Shown here piece by piece: positions 10,488-21,951 of a stretch of 64,000 nucleotides of DNA. Under the pieces are notes generated by a model. The model saw only the letters and a program-made list of their open reading frames with translations, did no database searches and had not been told where the DNA came from. Each line of letters starts with the position of its first letter. Positions within the stretch are counted from its first letter, which is position 1. Source of the stretch: an uncultured Acidobacteriota bacterium (lineage in GTDB: Bacteria > Acidobacteriota > UBA6911); NCBI GenBank assembly GCA_963827655.1, contig CAWHCF010000026.1:256001-320000 (forward strand). Direction: 5' to 3'. Made by a program: the position numbers and the translations under genes.

Positions 10488-11468
10488 CTACCGCTTTAAT
10501 TGCTGCGCGATGAAGGCCTTCACCATCTCTCGGGCGCGGTCCGTCTGCGGCCCCGGTTTGGCGACCCACTCGTGTTCGGACCCTTCGAATATCTGCAATT
10601 GACAATCGCCGCCAGCCGCCTTGTATGTCGTCGCGAATTTTTCCTGTACCGCCGGTAGCACGTTGTCATCGAGCTCTCCCTGCATGATCAGCATGGGAAC
10701 CAACGTGACCGCTTCGTGGCGTTCGAGGATCTGCTGCGGATTGCCTTCATAGATTGATTCCCACGGGACGAAGAACGTGGTGTGGTTCTTGATCATGCTG
10801 TCGCGCTTCCGTCTCTCGGCGTTCTGAAAGCGCGCATACGGGTCGCTGATCGGCGACCGCATCGCGACATAGGCCACCGTCGCGTCGACATCGGTCGCTT
10901 CGGGAAGAGGAATCGCGTTGTAGCGCGGATCGCGCGGGCGCAGCGCGAGGAGTTGGGCGACGTGGCCGCCGCTGGAGCTTCCGTAGACACCTGGCTTCGA
11001 TGGATCGCCATTCCATAAGGCTGCTTTCCATTTGAGCCAGCGCACGCCGTAGTTCGCATCCTGCACGCACGCGGGGTACGGGGCTTCGGACGCGAGCGTC
11101 ATGTCGATCGCGACCACGAGCAGGCCGCTGGCGGCCAACGCGCGATCCATCGGCTCCTCTGCGAGGCGGTCTTTGCCGTTCCAGGCGCCGCCGTGCAGAT
11201 CCAGCACGGTGGGGAACGGTCCAGCACCGTTCGGTTGATAGATGCGGGCCATCAGCACCCGCCCGGCTCGATTGCGCCGGAATTCGGCCTCGCTGACCTT
11301 GATCTCGAATCTAGCAGCGGGATCGTAGGAGATCCCCCTGGTGAGTCCAGGGACGATAGCGGTTGCAGACGCGGTTCGATGTCTCAAGGCGGACACGAAG
11401 GCACCAAGGCCGGCTGTGCCGAGGGCAGTCCTGAGAAATTCACGGCGTCCAGGAGGGTAGGTGTTCAT
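10488..11468 (-). CDS. Tat-signal alpha/beta hydrolase (esterase/lipase)
   Basis: GRREFLR signal; LHGGAW, GSSSGG, GELDD and C-terminal His. Confidence 0.85.
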   Translation of the reverse strand: MNTYPPGRREFLRTALGTAGLGAFVSALRHRTASATAIVPGLTRGISYDPAARFEIKVSEAEFRRNRAGRVLMARIYQPNGAGPFPTVLDLHGGAWNGKDRLAEEPMDRALAASGLLVVAIDMTLASEAPYPACVQDANYGVRWLKWKAALWNGDPSKPGVYGSSSGGHVAQLLALRPRDPRYNAIPLPEATDVDATVAYVAMRSPISDPYARFQNAERRKRDSMIKNHTTFFVPWESIYEGNPQQILERHEAVTLVPMLIMQGELDDNVLPAVQEKFATTYKAAGGDCQLQIFEGSEHEWVAKPGPQTDRAREMVKAFIAQQLKR

Positions 11469-11661
11469 CGTGAGACTCCCAGCAAGATGACCGGGAAGGT
11501 TAACCAAACGCTGAGCGGCAGACACACTATCTGACACGTGCCGGGGCGCCGCAAGAGAAAACCTGACGGCCCTGAGGGGATAGGTGCCCCTCTGCTCGCG
11601 CTACGACGCGCCGCAAATCCGGAGTGATGCCGGTCTCCATACCACTTGCGCGAGTTTCTCC

Positions 11662-11695
11662 TTGCCGCCAACTGTACTATGTCATATAGTACAGT
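11662..11695 (+). promoter_or_regulatory. Promoter and YtrA-type GntR operator
   Basis: TTGCCG-17-TATAGT overlapped by perfect inverted repeat ACTGTACTAT-n5-ATAGTACAGT (11671-11695). Confidence 0.8.
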
Positions 11696-11696
11696 C

Positions 11697-12101
11697 GTGC
11701 TGCCCTTCCAGGTCACTCTTCAACCAGGTCTGCCTCTCCACGAGCAGGTGACGTTCGCTGCGAAGAGGGCTCTTGTTTCGGGCCGGCTCAAACCTGGCGA
11801 CCCTTTTCCGTCGGTGCGGGCACTCAGCAGGGCTCTCAAGATCAATCCCAATACCGCGCACAAAATCATTACGCAGCTCATCGAGGAGCGGCTTCTGGAC
11901 GTACGGGCGGCGAGCGGCACCACGGTCGCCGCGCTGCCAGCCTCCACGCGTGCCGAACGCAGCCGGCTACTGCGCACCGAGGTCGAGCAGCTCGTTGTTG
12001 AAGCGAAGAAGCTCGGTCTGGCGCTCGAGGATCTGCAGGAGGCTATCGCCGATCACTGGCAGAAGCTGGCCCCGGCGCAGGCCAAGGAGGTCCAGGGATG
12101 A
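11697..12101 (+). CDS. GntR family (YtrA subfamily) regulator
   Basis: PLHEQV...LKPGDPFPSVRALSRALKINPNTAHK; short protein upstream of an ABC ATPase. Confidence 0.9.
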   Translation: MLPFQVTLQPGLPLHEQVTFAAKRALVSGRLKPGDPFPSVRALSRALKINPNTAHKIITQLIEERLLDVRAASGTTVAALPASTRAERSRLLRTEVEQLVVEAKKLGLALEDLQEAIADHWQKLAPAQAKEVQG

Positions 12102-13000
12102 TTCAGACCCGCAATCTGACCAAACGATTCGGCGCTGTAGAGGCGATCGAAGACCTTACCCTTACGGTGCCGGAATCGTCTGTTTTCGCGCTGATCGGGC
12201 CGAATGGCGCCGGCAAAACCACAACAATCAAGACGCTCATGAATATTTTGCGGCCCACGTCAGGGCGCGCGGAAGTCCTCGGGATCGACTCGCGCAAACT
12301 CGGCCCGGCGCAGTTCGCGCAGATCGGCTACGTTTCCGAAAACCAGAGCCTGCCCGACTGGATGCCGGTGGGGTACTTCCTGTCGTACTGCCACGCGTTC
12401 TACCCGGCGTGGGACAATGACCTCCTACACGCGCTGGTTCGACTCTACGGATTGCCGCTCGATCGCAAGCTCGGGTCGCTGTCGCGCGGGATGCGCGTGA
12501 AGGCGGCATTCGCGTCGTCGTTGGCCTATCGCCCACGGCTCATCATTCTCGACGAACCGTTCGGCGGGCTCGATCCGCTGATTCGCGACCAGGTGATCGA
12601 ATCCACGCTCGATCGCGCTTCTGAATCCACCGTGCTCATTTCCTCCCACGACCTGGCGGAAATCGAAACCTTCGCGAGCCACATTGCGTGGCTCGAATGC
12701 GGGCGCCTGCAGTTCGTCGAGGAAACCCAGAGTCTGCTCGATCGTTTCCGCGAGGTCGAAATCACTCTGGACCGGGCGGCGCAGATTCCTGCCGAATGGC
12801 CCAGCCGCTGGCTGAATCCCGAGCAGTCATCAGCGATCATTCGGTTTACGGATTCGGGATTTTCGCGCGATCGTACCGAAGCGGAGGTGCGCCGGCTCTT
12901 TGCGGGAGTACGCGAGATCAGCGCGCGACCGCTGCCCATGCGATCCATTGCGGTGGCGCTCGGCCGCGCGTCACAGAACAGGGGCCGCACATGCGCATAG
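12098..13000 (+). CDS. ABC transporter ATP-binding protein (YtrB-like)
   Basis: GPNGAGKTT, LSRGM, ILDEP, SSH. Confidence 0.93.
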   Translation: MIQTRNLTKRFGAVEAIEDLTLTVPESSVFALIGPNGAGKTTTIKTLMNILRPTSGRAEVLGIDSRKLGPAQFAQIGYVSENQSLPDWMPVGYFLSYCHAFYPAWDNDLLHALVRLYGLPLDRKLGSLSRGMRVKAAFASSLAYRPRLIILDEPFGGLDPLIRDQVIESTLDRASESTVLISSHDLAEIETFASHIAWLECGRLQFVEETQSLLDRFREVEITLDRAAQIPAEWPSRWLNPEQSSAIIRFTDSGFSRDRTEAEVRRLFAGVREISARPLPMRSIAVALGRASQNRGRTCA

Positions 13001-14519
13001 CCCTGCACATCTTCATGAAAGACGCGCGCCGGCTGCGGATGGAAATCGCGGTCACGGTGGCGCTTCTCGCCTACCTCGCGGATCTCGACCGGCAGCGCAT
13101 GGATGCCGTTCCGGGCGCGCCCGAGGCCTGGCTTAATTTGCTCCTTCCGCTGGCGTGGGCGTTTCTGCTTGCAATGCTGGTTCACCAGGAGCCGCTCGTG
13201 GGCGATCGGCAGTTCTGGATCACGCGTCCGTATTCGCGCGCCGCGCTCGTAACCGCCAAAGGGTTGTTTGCGCTCGCGTTCGTTCACGCGCCCTCGCTCA
13301 TCGCCGATAGCGTCATCTTGATTTCACGCGGCTTCAATCCACTCGACTCCATCGCGTCGCTTTTGTGGAAACAGGCGTTGCTGGCGGCCGGTCTCACGCT
13401 GCCGGTCGCGGCACTGGCTGCCCTCACGCGCAATCTCGCCCAGTTTGCGCTGGCGGCGTTTATTGCGGGTTCAGCCGGAATAGTGCTTGCCTCGTGGACT
13501 GCTCCGGGGCCGGTGGGATGGGGATTCCGCATCGACGACGACCGTGGTGTCGCGGCGTGGCTGCTGTTGATTTCAGCGGCGGTCGCCGTTATCGCCATGC
13601 AATACGCGTTGCGCCGGACAGCGCAGGCTCGAGCTCTGGCGGTCGCGGGAGCAGCGCTTGCCGCGGCCGTTTTCGTGTATCTGCCGCCCGAACGTGCATT
13701 TGCGTTTTCGCGCTCATCCGCCGTTTCGCTGTCGCTTCGTCTCGGACCGGACCTGCCCGAAAGCATGAGGTATGTTTTTGCCGTCGGCCGCGGCGCGCAG
13801 CCGCATGCGATCCCTGTACAGGTGACCGGCCTTGAGCCGCCGAACGGTGTCCGCCTCCGCTTGCTGGATTTCGAGATCCGGAGCGGCAACGGCGCCGCGT
13901 GGAGTGCCGAGGTACGGCCCAAAGAGCGGAGGCCGCCTCAAGCCGGGCTCTTTGTGAGAGACGACAATACGGGTTGGTTGCAATTCACGCTCGACCGCGC
14001 GCTGGCCGAGAGTTTCAAAGGCGTGAAGGTCGATGCTTCCGGCCGCCTTGGGGCGACCTTCTTCACCGAGCGGCAGTCGCTCCGCACGCCGGCGATTTTC
14101 GACACGACTGGAGCGCCGCACATCGGGCGGTGCTTCAGCAAATGGTCTCCAATGTGTTTTACGGCCGCGAGATGCTGAAAGTCACCTGCGAATCGCCCGC
14201 CCGACTCCCGGTGTTCACGCGAGTCATCATGCATCACCCCGCGACCGGCGCCGTCTGGAACCATCGACTCGCAGACGCCATGACGGTCTACAACCGGCCG
14301 GTGGCCACGTGGCTCTCGCCGCTGAATCGAGAGCAGACATTCTTTCATACCGCTGATCGACCGCGCGGCGAGGGCTCGCAATGGCTCGTCCCGGAGGACG
14401 CCGTTCGCGATTCCGAGATCAGCCTGGTCGCGGCGGTGCAAGCGGGCAAGGCCGTGCTGCGCTTTGAACTGAAGGATCTGGACCTCGGACAGTTTGCGTT
14501 TGAGCCGCGCCACCGGTGA
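12991..14519 (+). CDS. ABC-2-type permease-like membrane protein (frameshift near 14143)
   Basis: MRIALHIFMKD..., DRQFWITRPY motif, multiple TM segments, soluble C-terminal domain split over two frames. Confidence 0.75.
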
Positions 14520-14659
14520 CGACTCGCTACGGTAGCGAATCGGAAAGCGAGTAGTAAGAGAGGTAAAGAGAGGGAGATAGATAAGATGAAATTAGGTATG
14601 AGTATAGAGGTGGAGAAATAAATAGCTGAGGAGGACGTTAGACAGGATATAATAGAGCA

Positions 14660-17300
14660 GCGGCGCGGGCGGGCACGACACGCAAGAAGGGCTACGGCGA
14701 TGAGGGAGGAAGGCACGACGACGAACGTGAGAGGATCAGTCGGGTCCACACCGTACAGCAAGCTGGCGGCGAAACGCGTGACGCTCAGGGAAAGCGAGAA
14801 AGCCGAGAGCGATGACCGGTGAACGCCAACGCGAGGCCTGTCTCAGGATCATCGCGAGGATCCGCGCGGTGGGCACCAATGGCCAGGCGGATGCCGAGCT
14901 CCTCCGCCGACGCAGACGGCGAAGCTGATGACGCCGTAGACGCCGATAGATGGCAATCACCAGAGCCGATGGAGCCGGCCGTGACGGAGAACGCAGAGAC
15001 GAGACGCGGGACGATCAAGGCATAGTTGAGATGACTGTCCATCGTGCCGGACGTCGAAGACGGCCAGCGATAGATCGGCGCGCCGGATGACCTCGCGAAC
15101 GGATCGGCATAGGAAGCGGCGCGCGTTAGCTGGATTTCACGACGAGCGTGACGCCTCGCGGGTTTTCGACGGCAGAGTATCGGTCAGGATCGGCAGATAG
15201 ATGGCTGGACGTGGGGCTTCGCCGAACGTGCGAGACTTAGCGGTCGCGACGACTCCGACGATGTCCAGCGGCTTGCCGTCGCCGAGGACACGCCGTCCGA
15301 ATGGCGACGGGTACCGGGAACGACGCCCGGGCGAAGGCGTCGTTGACGATCGCCGGCCCTCGCCGTAAAGCTGGTCGACACGGAAGTCCTCTCCCGCGAG
15401 AAACGAAATCCCCATCGTCGTGAAGAAGTCTGGGCCGACGGGGTAGATGTCGGTGCGGACGCGTGGCGCCTGCGGATTCTTTGCGTTCTCCGCAGAGACG
15501 AAGTTCGAGTTGCTCATGATCAGCGTCAGCGGAACGGAGGTGGTCAGCGTGGCGGACTAGACGCCGGGACACGCGCGGGCTAGCGTCGAGAATGTATCGC
15601 AGCAGCAGTCTGGATTGCGGATCGGGAAGGTGATCCAGGCCAGGATCGAAAGCCAGCAGAAGCAGATTGCGATTCCATCAGCCCGAGATCGATCGCGCGC
15701 GTCGTTGCAGGCTGCGCAGAAAGAGTCCCATGCAGACAAGCAGCACTGTGCAGATGGCAACCTGCGTCACGACCAGTCCGCTGCGCAGCCCGAAGCCGAT
15801 CGACAGTTGGACTTATGCCGCCGAGCATCAGCCTTCAAAGTCGGTGATGAGGTACGGCTTTAGTGGCTCGAAGGGCAGGGACCAGGCCAAAGGAGACGCC
15901 GGTCAGCGATAGACGAGACCGACTGCAGAAAAGCAGGACGCGGTAATAGAGGGAGACCGAGAGGTGTAGAGGCCAACCGAACGGCATGCGGATGAGACCG
16001 AACAAGCGAAGAGACGTACGCGGCGATAGAGCCAGGCCGCCAACGCCACCAAGCAGTGGCGAGCAGCAGGCTCTCGGTGAGAAGCTGTCGCAGCAGACGA
16101 AGGCGGCTGGCGCCGAGAGCCATCCGTGCCGCGATCTCCCGGCGTCGTACCGAAACTCGTCCCGAGAAGTAGATTGGCTGACATTGGCGCACGCCGTAGA
16201 GCAGACGAGCGTGGCGACGGCCAGCTGCCAGCGAAAAGAACGTCAGCGCCATTCTGCGGAATCCGCGGATCGACCTGCCCCGCCCGTTCGAGATGGAAGC
16301 CTCGAGATTCGTCGACGGGCGCATACGTCGGCGTTCAGCGTCCGGACGATGACGTCCAGTTCTCGCACGCGCTGCTTGCGAGTCGACGCCGGGACGCAAT
16401 CTGGCGACGACGCTACAACCAGTAACGCTCCGGTTCTTGCTGACCGGTCCCCTGCGTGACTCGATCTCATCGAGCATCGAGAACGGTATCCAGAATTCCG
16501 GGACGATGCCCAGTTTCCGTGCCGCGGAAAGCGACGTGCAGTCACACCAATCGACGTAGCGGTTCGTTTGTTGATCGAGATCGGTACGGCGGACGATCGC
16601 TGGATCGCTGCCGAAGCGCCGATCGCCAGAGGTTATGGCTCAACACGACAACGGGCGGTTCCCCGAGCGTGTCGTCGCGACGGGTCGAAGCCGCGGCCGA
16701 CAGCGAACCCGGGCTTCACGACAGCGAAGTAATTCGCCGGTGACGAGGGATCTCCAATGCCGTTGGGGATCACCCTGCCGCACCGATAGACAGCGGCAGC
16801 AAAGGATCCGCAAGCCGCGATGCCCTCAAAGGAGCGCGCGATGGCGCAGATCTCGAAAGTCCAGGTACGAGAGCTCGCTGACGGCTTCTCCGCTGCGCCG
16901 ATCGATCTCCGACAGGCTCAAGAGTCGTCGGGCTCGCGCGACAGGTAACGGCTTGAGCACGGCGACGTTGAGGATGGCGAAGATCACCGAGCAGGCGCCG
17001 ATGCTCAAAGCCGAGGATCCCACCGCGATCGCGGCAAACCCCGGCGACTTGCGCAGCGATGCGACGCCGCATAGCGCACGTCTGACGAGCACGTCTCGAC
17101 GGATCGATGCCGAAACGACATCGCGAACGAGTCCCACAGCTTAGATGCTGCACAGCTCTAGTAGGGCTTCGTGGATTGCGCTTCTCTTGGCTCATACCGC
17201 TTTGCATCTTCTGTTAGACTGCAGTTTAGAGGAAGTGACGTCAGTTCATCATATAGCTCGTGTTCCATCCGCGTCTTACTGGAAGAGGAGCATGGAACTA
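14660..17300 (-). pseudogene. Heavily frameshifted duplicated (ADOP/MacB-like) ABC permease
   Basis: Fragments LRKSPGFAAIAV, RRREIAARMALGASRLRLLRQLLTES, IVGVVATAK, LYGVDPTDPLTF in alternating frames. Confidence 0.75.
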
Positions 17301-17344
17301 GCTGATGAGGCGCCTGAGACGACGCCATCACGATCTCTGAGTGA

Positions 17345-17677
17345 AGCGTAGAGAATATTGGCGATTGCGGTGGTTTGCACGTATCAATTGCGCGTCTCTT
17401 GCCTGAGCTTGACTCGTCCAGTGACGGTGAGCGCAATAGTACTTCGCCAGCCGGTTGTTCTCAGTGACCTGCAATTCACCGGTGATCAGCCCGTCCCGCT
17501 CCAAACGGCGCAGTGCCGGGAATAGCTATCCAGCGTTGACCTGAAAAACGCCTTTGCAGAAGTGCTCGAGTCGGACGCCGATGCCGTACCGTGCATCGGT
17601 TCGAACGTGAGAGACTTTAGAAACAGCATGTGCAGCGTGACCTGTACGACGGTCTCTCTCTCTCTCTTCCCCGTGCA
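17345..17677 (-). pseudogene. Heavily frameshifted PadR regulator
   Basis: Fragments [40 protein letters not shown]. Confidence 0.75.
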
Positions 17678-18144
17678 TCTCTACGCTCCTCTAGCGAAAC
17701 TCGATCAGCAGCTACGACTCGTCTCTAGATTGTCAAAAGGAATACATTCCGTTTTATCCCTGTTCGGTCGATTCGCCGGAGTTAATTAAGCCACATCAAG
17801 GATTTACGATAGAAGCGCATCTGATAGAGACACCTACGATCGTGAGATAAGACTCTTATGTGGTTCCGTGACTGCCGCCAAGAAAGAATTTTGACTATTT
17901 CGCTTGCGGGCACGGTGAACATAAGACCCGGGCGCAACAGGCCGGCAAGATGGCGATGGTCCCGCTGAAGGGTTCGACGGCTCAGGATTCGAGGATCGGA
18001 TCGGTGTGATTGAGCAGTCATGTTCGTTTCACTCCGGAGGTGCTGAACAGAATGCTCCTTCTCCGGATTGTCGGCCTCATCAGGAGCTCCCGGGTTAAGC
18101 CGGCCAACCTGACGGACCGCCCCCTATCGTCCTCAGCTCTACCC

Positions 18145-18234
18145 GATGTTCCTCGGTCCTGGATGAGTCCCGACTGCGCGGATTATACGCCAGGTGCATT
18201 ACCAAGCGTGAAGAAACCTGGCCGTGAAATCGTG
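18145..18234 (-). repeat. ~90-bp direct repeat copy 2
   Basis: Near-identical to 10292-10379. Confidence 0.75.
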
Positions 18235-18274
18235 AGATTTGGACTTAAAAAGCGCTCGGACCACCGATCTGCTT

Positions 18275-18652
18275 TCAGGCAGTCGCGGGCAAGACCAGTC
18301 TGCGGCTTGCAGGCCTGGTCGCGTACGAGACGCTCAGAAGGGCCAGCAGCACCAGTGGCATGACCCATATTTGCGCGCCATCGCCCGCCGAGTAGTGGGC
18401 GACGAACGCCATCACCCAGGTGAAAGCCGCGCCCGCGTAGGCCCATTCCTTCAGCAAAGCAATCCCGGGCAGCAGCAGGACGATTGCGGCCGCCGGTTTT
18501 ACAATCCCAAGAATTATCCTGAGGTGCTGCGGGTATCCGGCTTTGGCGAAGGCGGAGACGACCTCCGGACTGCCGGTGAGGTAGCTCAGAGCAAATAGCA
18601 GCATCACTGCGACAAGTCCAGTGCTGGCCCAGTAGACAATCTTGCGAACCAT
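18275..18652 (-). CDS. DoxX-like family membrane protein
   Basis: YWASTG...GYP....ILG..K......LL.PG...LKEWAYAG motif; RBS GGAGG. Confidence 0.88.
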   Translation of the reverse strand: MVRKIVYWASTGLVAVMLLFALSYLTGSPEVVSAFAKAGYPQHLRIILGIVKPAAAIVLLLPGIALLKEWAYAGAAFTWVMAFVAHYSAGDGAQIWVMPLVLLALLSVSYATRPASRRLVLPATA

Positions 18653-18814
18653 GTGTCCTCCTGAATGCATTGGCTGCAATTATTGACCGAATTTCACTGA
18701 CAGCGTTGCAGAATTTTACCCGGTTCCTGAAGGGAAAGGAGAAAAAGCAGGATCTTGGCCGCGGTCGGGTGATAACCTTCGGTTATCGAGCCTGAGATAT
18801 TATTGGAGGCCAAG

Positions 18815-19136
18815 GGCGAAGTAAGCTTCGCCAGGCCCGTAGGGCCGACAGTGCGTAGCTCCGGACCGTTAAGGCCGGGTGGCAGCAAGACCGTAGTCTG
18901 AGGGCCGAAGGCCCGGCACTGCGACACAGGATTTGTGCCGGTCCTACGGACCTCCATGTCATCTGCACACGAACCACGCCCTGACGGGCGTGGCTACTCA
19001 CTGCCGGGCCTTCGGGCCTGGCTACCGGCACCCGAGCTTCTGTGCCTGTGAAATGTCCAAGCTCCATGGCGAAGCAAGCTTCGCCCAACCAGGGCGGTAG
19101 CAAGCTCAGCAAGCTACCGCACTCCAGGAGCGCCCT
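18815..19136. repeat. Composite REP/BIME-like palindromic element
   Basis: Colinear with 51382-51580; includes GGCGAAGYAAGCTTCGCC and AGCAAGCTACCGCACTCC motifs also at 27815, 33708, 51262, 59926. Confidence 0.7.
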
Positions 19137-19197
19137 TGTGTCGCGGCAGCTTGCTGCCGCGCCCAGGGTTCGCAAAATAAATAAGGTCACGCCAACC

Positions 19198-20797
19198 ATG
19201 ACGCAAAATTCTATTCGCAGGTTGATGATGCTTCCCCTGTTCGCGGCTCTTCTTTTGCTGGCTTACTGGAGCCTGGGTCTGGACCGGCTGGAAGGGCGCA
19301 TCCTGGATGACAAGACTGGCGAGTCCGTCGCAGCAACGCTGGTGCTTGCTGATGGAGAAGGAAAGCCGCTCGAAATCGAAGGCAGACATTCCCACGTCGA
19401 GTACCTGGGCAAACGCAGATGCTACGTAGACGGGACCTTCGTATTGAACTCGCGCCCCCGTCGTCTCGTGGTCGAGCTGAGGCGTGGTCTCGAAATCCTC
19501 CCGCTCAAGACCGAGGTCGATCTGACCCAGCCCGGCAGCGAGCCCTTGACTTTCCGCCTGCGGCGCTGGGTGGATATGCGTGAGCTGGGCTATCTGAGCG
19601 GCGACACCCATGTCCATCTCCTGTCGCAATCCGAGTCGCATTTGCAAATGCGAGGCGAGGATCTGAATGTTTTGAACCTGCTGGTCAGTGACTTTACGCG
19701 TGACCGAGAGAAGTTCACCGGCAAACTCGATGCGGTCTCGACTCCTGGTCATGCCGTATTCGTGGGTCAGGAGGCTCGAGACTGGCAACAGGGACACGTT
19801 GCTTTGCTGCGCATTAATCGAATTGTCGAGCCCTTCGAGCCGTTTGGAGGGACGTTTCAGGGGCGAAGTGAGCCCAATCTCGTGCTGGCAAGAATTCTCA
19901 GGGAAGCGCACCGGCAAGGAGGCGTTGCCACCTGGGCCCATTTCTGCAATTTGCCGGGGGCTGAGTCTCCTATCGACATTGCTCTCGGGTTGGTCGATGC
20001 CATTGATCTGATTACCTATGACGACCCGACTCAACTTCCCAGTCACTGGGGCCCCTGGAAGAACTCCGGGATGTCTCAAGCCGAGTTCACCGTCATGCGC
20101 TCCATGGATCTCTACTATCAGTATCTCAACTCCGGCTTTCGAGTTCCGATTGCCGCGGGCACGGACAAGATGGGCGATGATATTCCGGTGGGGAGCAATC
20201 GACTCTATGCGCGCCCTGTGGGCGAGCCGAACTACGAGGGGTGGCTGGCAGGGCTCAAAGCAGGAAATGGCTTCGTCACCAATGGCCCGATGCTGACCTT
20301 CGACGTGGAAGGTCACACCTCCGGCGAGGTCGTTGAATTCACCGGGAGACGCAAAGTCAGGGCGCGAGCGACGGCCAGGTCCATTCTGCCTTTTGGAAGT
20401 CTTGAAATTGTGGTGAATGGAGAAACCGCGGCAATCAGGCGCATGCCCAATCGAAACCGTCCCGGCGCCGGATGGCCTGTACACGTTGGAGCTGGAGGGA
20501 ACGTTCGACCTCGATCGAAGCAGCTGGCTCGCCGCGCGAGTGGCTGAAGATCCCGCCAGCAAGAGCCGTATGCTGCCTCGGGGTCTGACCGTATTCGCTC
20601 ACGCCAATCCGATCTATTTTCTGCGGAGCGGGGCCAAAGTCCGGGAACTATCTTCTATCCGTTATTTGCAAAAGTACCTCAGAGGAAGCGTCCACTGGCT
20701 GAACACAGGAGCTCGCTTTGCCACCTCGGCCGAAAAGGAAGAGGCGCTACGCCTGGCCGATCAGGCGCGCCGCCTCTATGCTGAGCTGGAAAAATGA
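19198..20797 (+). CDS. CehA/McbA-like PHP-fold metallohydrolase (frameshift near 20449)
   Basis: YLSGDTHVH, WAH, AAGTD, FVTNGP, FAHANPIY motifs; N-terminal signal/anchor. Confidence 0.8.
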
Positions 20798-20879
20798 AGG
20801 CATTGATCGGCGCAGTGCGGTAGCTCGTGAGACCTGTGCACGCATCTTGTGTTAGGTCCAGAACGGGCGGTCAGGCGCA

Positions 20880-21090
20880 AGCCCGCGCCCTGAAGGGCGA
20901 CGGAAATTAGTCGAGGTCAAGCGACGAGCGCTGCCCGACGGTGCGCACACAGGCTATTGAACCGCGGCCCTGCAGGGGCGCTGGATGCGACTGTCCATGA
21001 CCTGCGCCCTGACAGGGCGCATGGACTATTCAATGCCCGAGCTGCGCTTCGCTTGCCTGGGCTAATTCCGTCGCCACGCTCCGTGGGCTG
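20880..21090. repeat. REP-like palindromic element
   Basis: GGCGACGGAAATTAG...GCTAATTCCGTCGCC; related element at 33516-33670; both preceded by CACGCATCTTGT. Confidence 0.6.
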
Positions 21091-21159
21091 CAATCTCTCG
21101 AGAGCATCGGATGCAGTGTCAAGGTTCAATGCAAGCACGCGCACTCCAACGAGCCTGTA

Positions 21160-21945
21160 TCACGCGCGCGCGGTCAGGCCGGCGCGGATGCCGGCGATTC
21201 CCTGGCGCAGCCCCTGCTGGTAGATCCAGATGTCGCCCCAGTAGGCCAGGCAACGGAAGCCCCTCTGGACCAGCGCGCGCCCGTCTTCCACGCTCGATGT
21301 CATGAAGCCCGCGGCCTTGCCGTTCTTCCGGCAGGCTGCCAACACCCGGTCCACCGCCGCCTGGTAAGCCGGGTGCGCGAACTGGGCCGGAATCCCCATC
21401 GAGTTGGTGAGGTCGAAGTGGCCGATCCAGAGCACATCGATGCCATCGAGCGCAGCGATGCTCTCGACATTCTCGATTCCCCGCGCAGTTTCAATCAAGG
21501 CGATGAGCATGGTCTCGGCGTTGGCGCTTTCCATCTTCCCCTGCACGTCGCCTTCGCTATAGTCGTCGTGCGCGACGTGAAACGACGCTCCGCGGCGGCC
21601 TGCCGGAGGGTACTTCGCCGATTCGACGATCATTCGCGCCTGTTCGACGCTCTCGACCATGGGCACCATCAACCCCATGGCGCCCACGTCGAGCGCGTGC
21701 GCCAGGAAATGATAGTGCGTCACCGGTACCCGGACCATCGGAACCAGATCGGCCGCTCGCGATGTCGCCATGAGGGAGCGCACGGTTTCAAGGGACCAGC
21801 CGGTATGCTCCATGTCGAAGAGCACAAAATCCGCCCCGGCGCCGGCCGCGATCCGGGCGATGCCCGTCGTGTTGAACTCGAACACCATCGTGCCTAGCGC
21901 CACGCCCCCCTGGCGCAGAGCCCGTTTCACTTTGTTTTCTCTCAT
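21160..21945 (-). CDS. HpcH/HpaI aldolase family protein
   Basis: FDMEH, ALDVGAMGLMVPMV, YPPAGRRG, LIET, IGHFDL. Confidence 0.9.
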   Translation of the reverse strand: MRENKVKRALRQGGVALGTMVFEFNTTGIARIAAGAGADFVLFDMEHTGWSLETVRSLMATSRAADLVPMVRVPVTHYHFLAHALDVGAMGLMVPMVESVEQARMIVESAKYPPAGRRGASFHVAHDDYSEGDVQGKMESANAETMLIALIETARGIENVESIAALDGIDVLWIGHFDLTNSMGIPAQFAHPAYQAAVDRVLAACRKNGKAAGFMTSSVEDGRALVQRGFRCLAYWGDIWIYQQGLRQGIAGIRAGLTARA

Positions 21946-21951
21946 GCGCCT

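Noticed and set aside
18025-18090. CTGATGA...GAAAC on the minus strand resembling a hammerhead core
   Set aside because: No stem II closes directly between CUGAUGA and GAAA, and stems I/III are not evident
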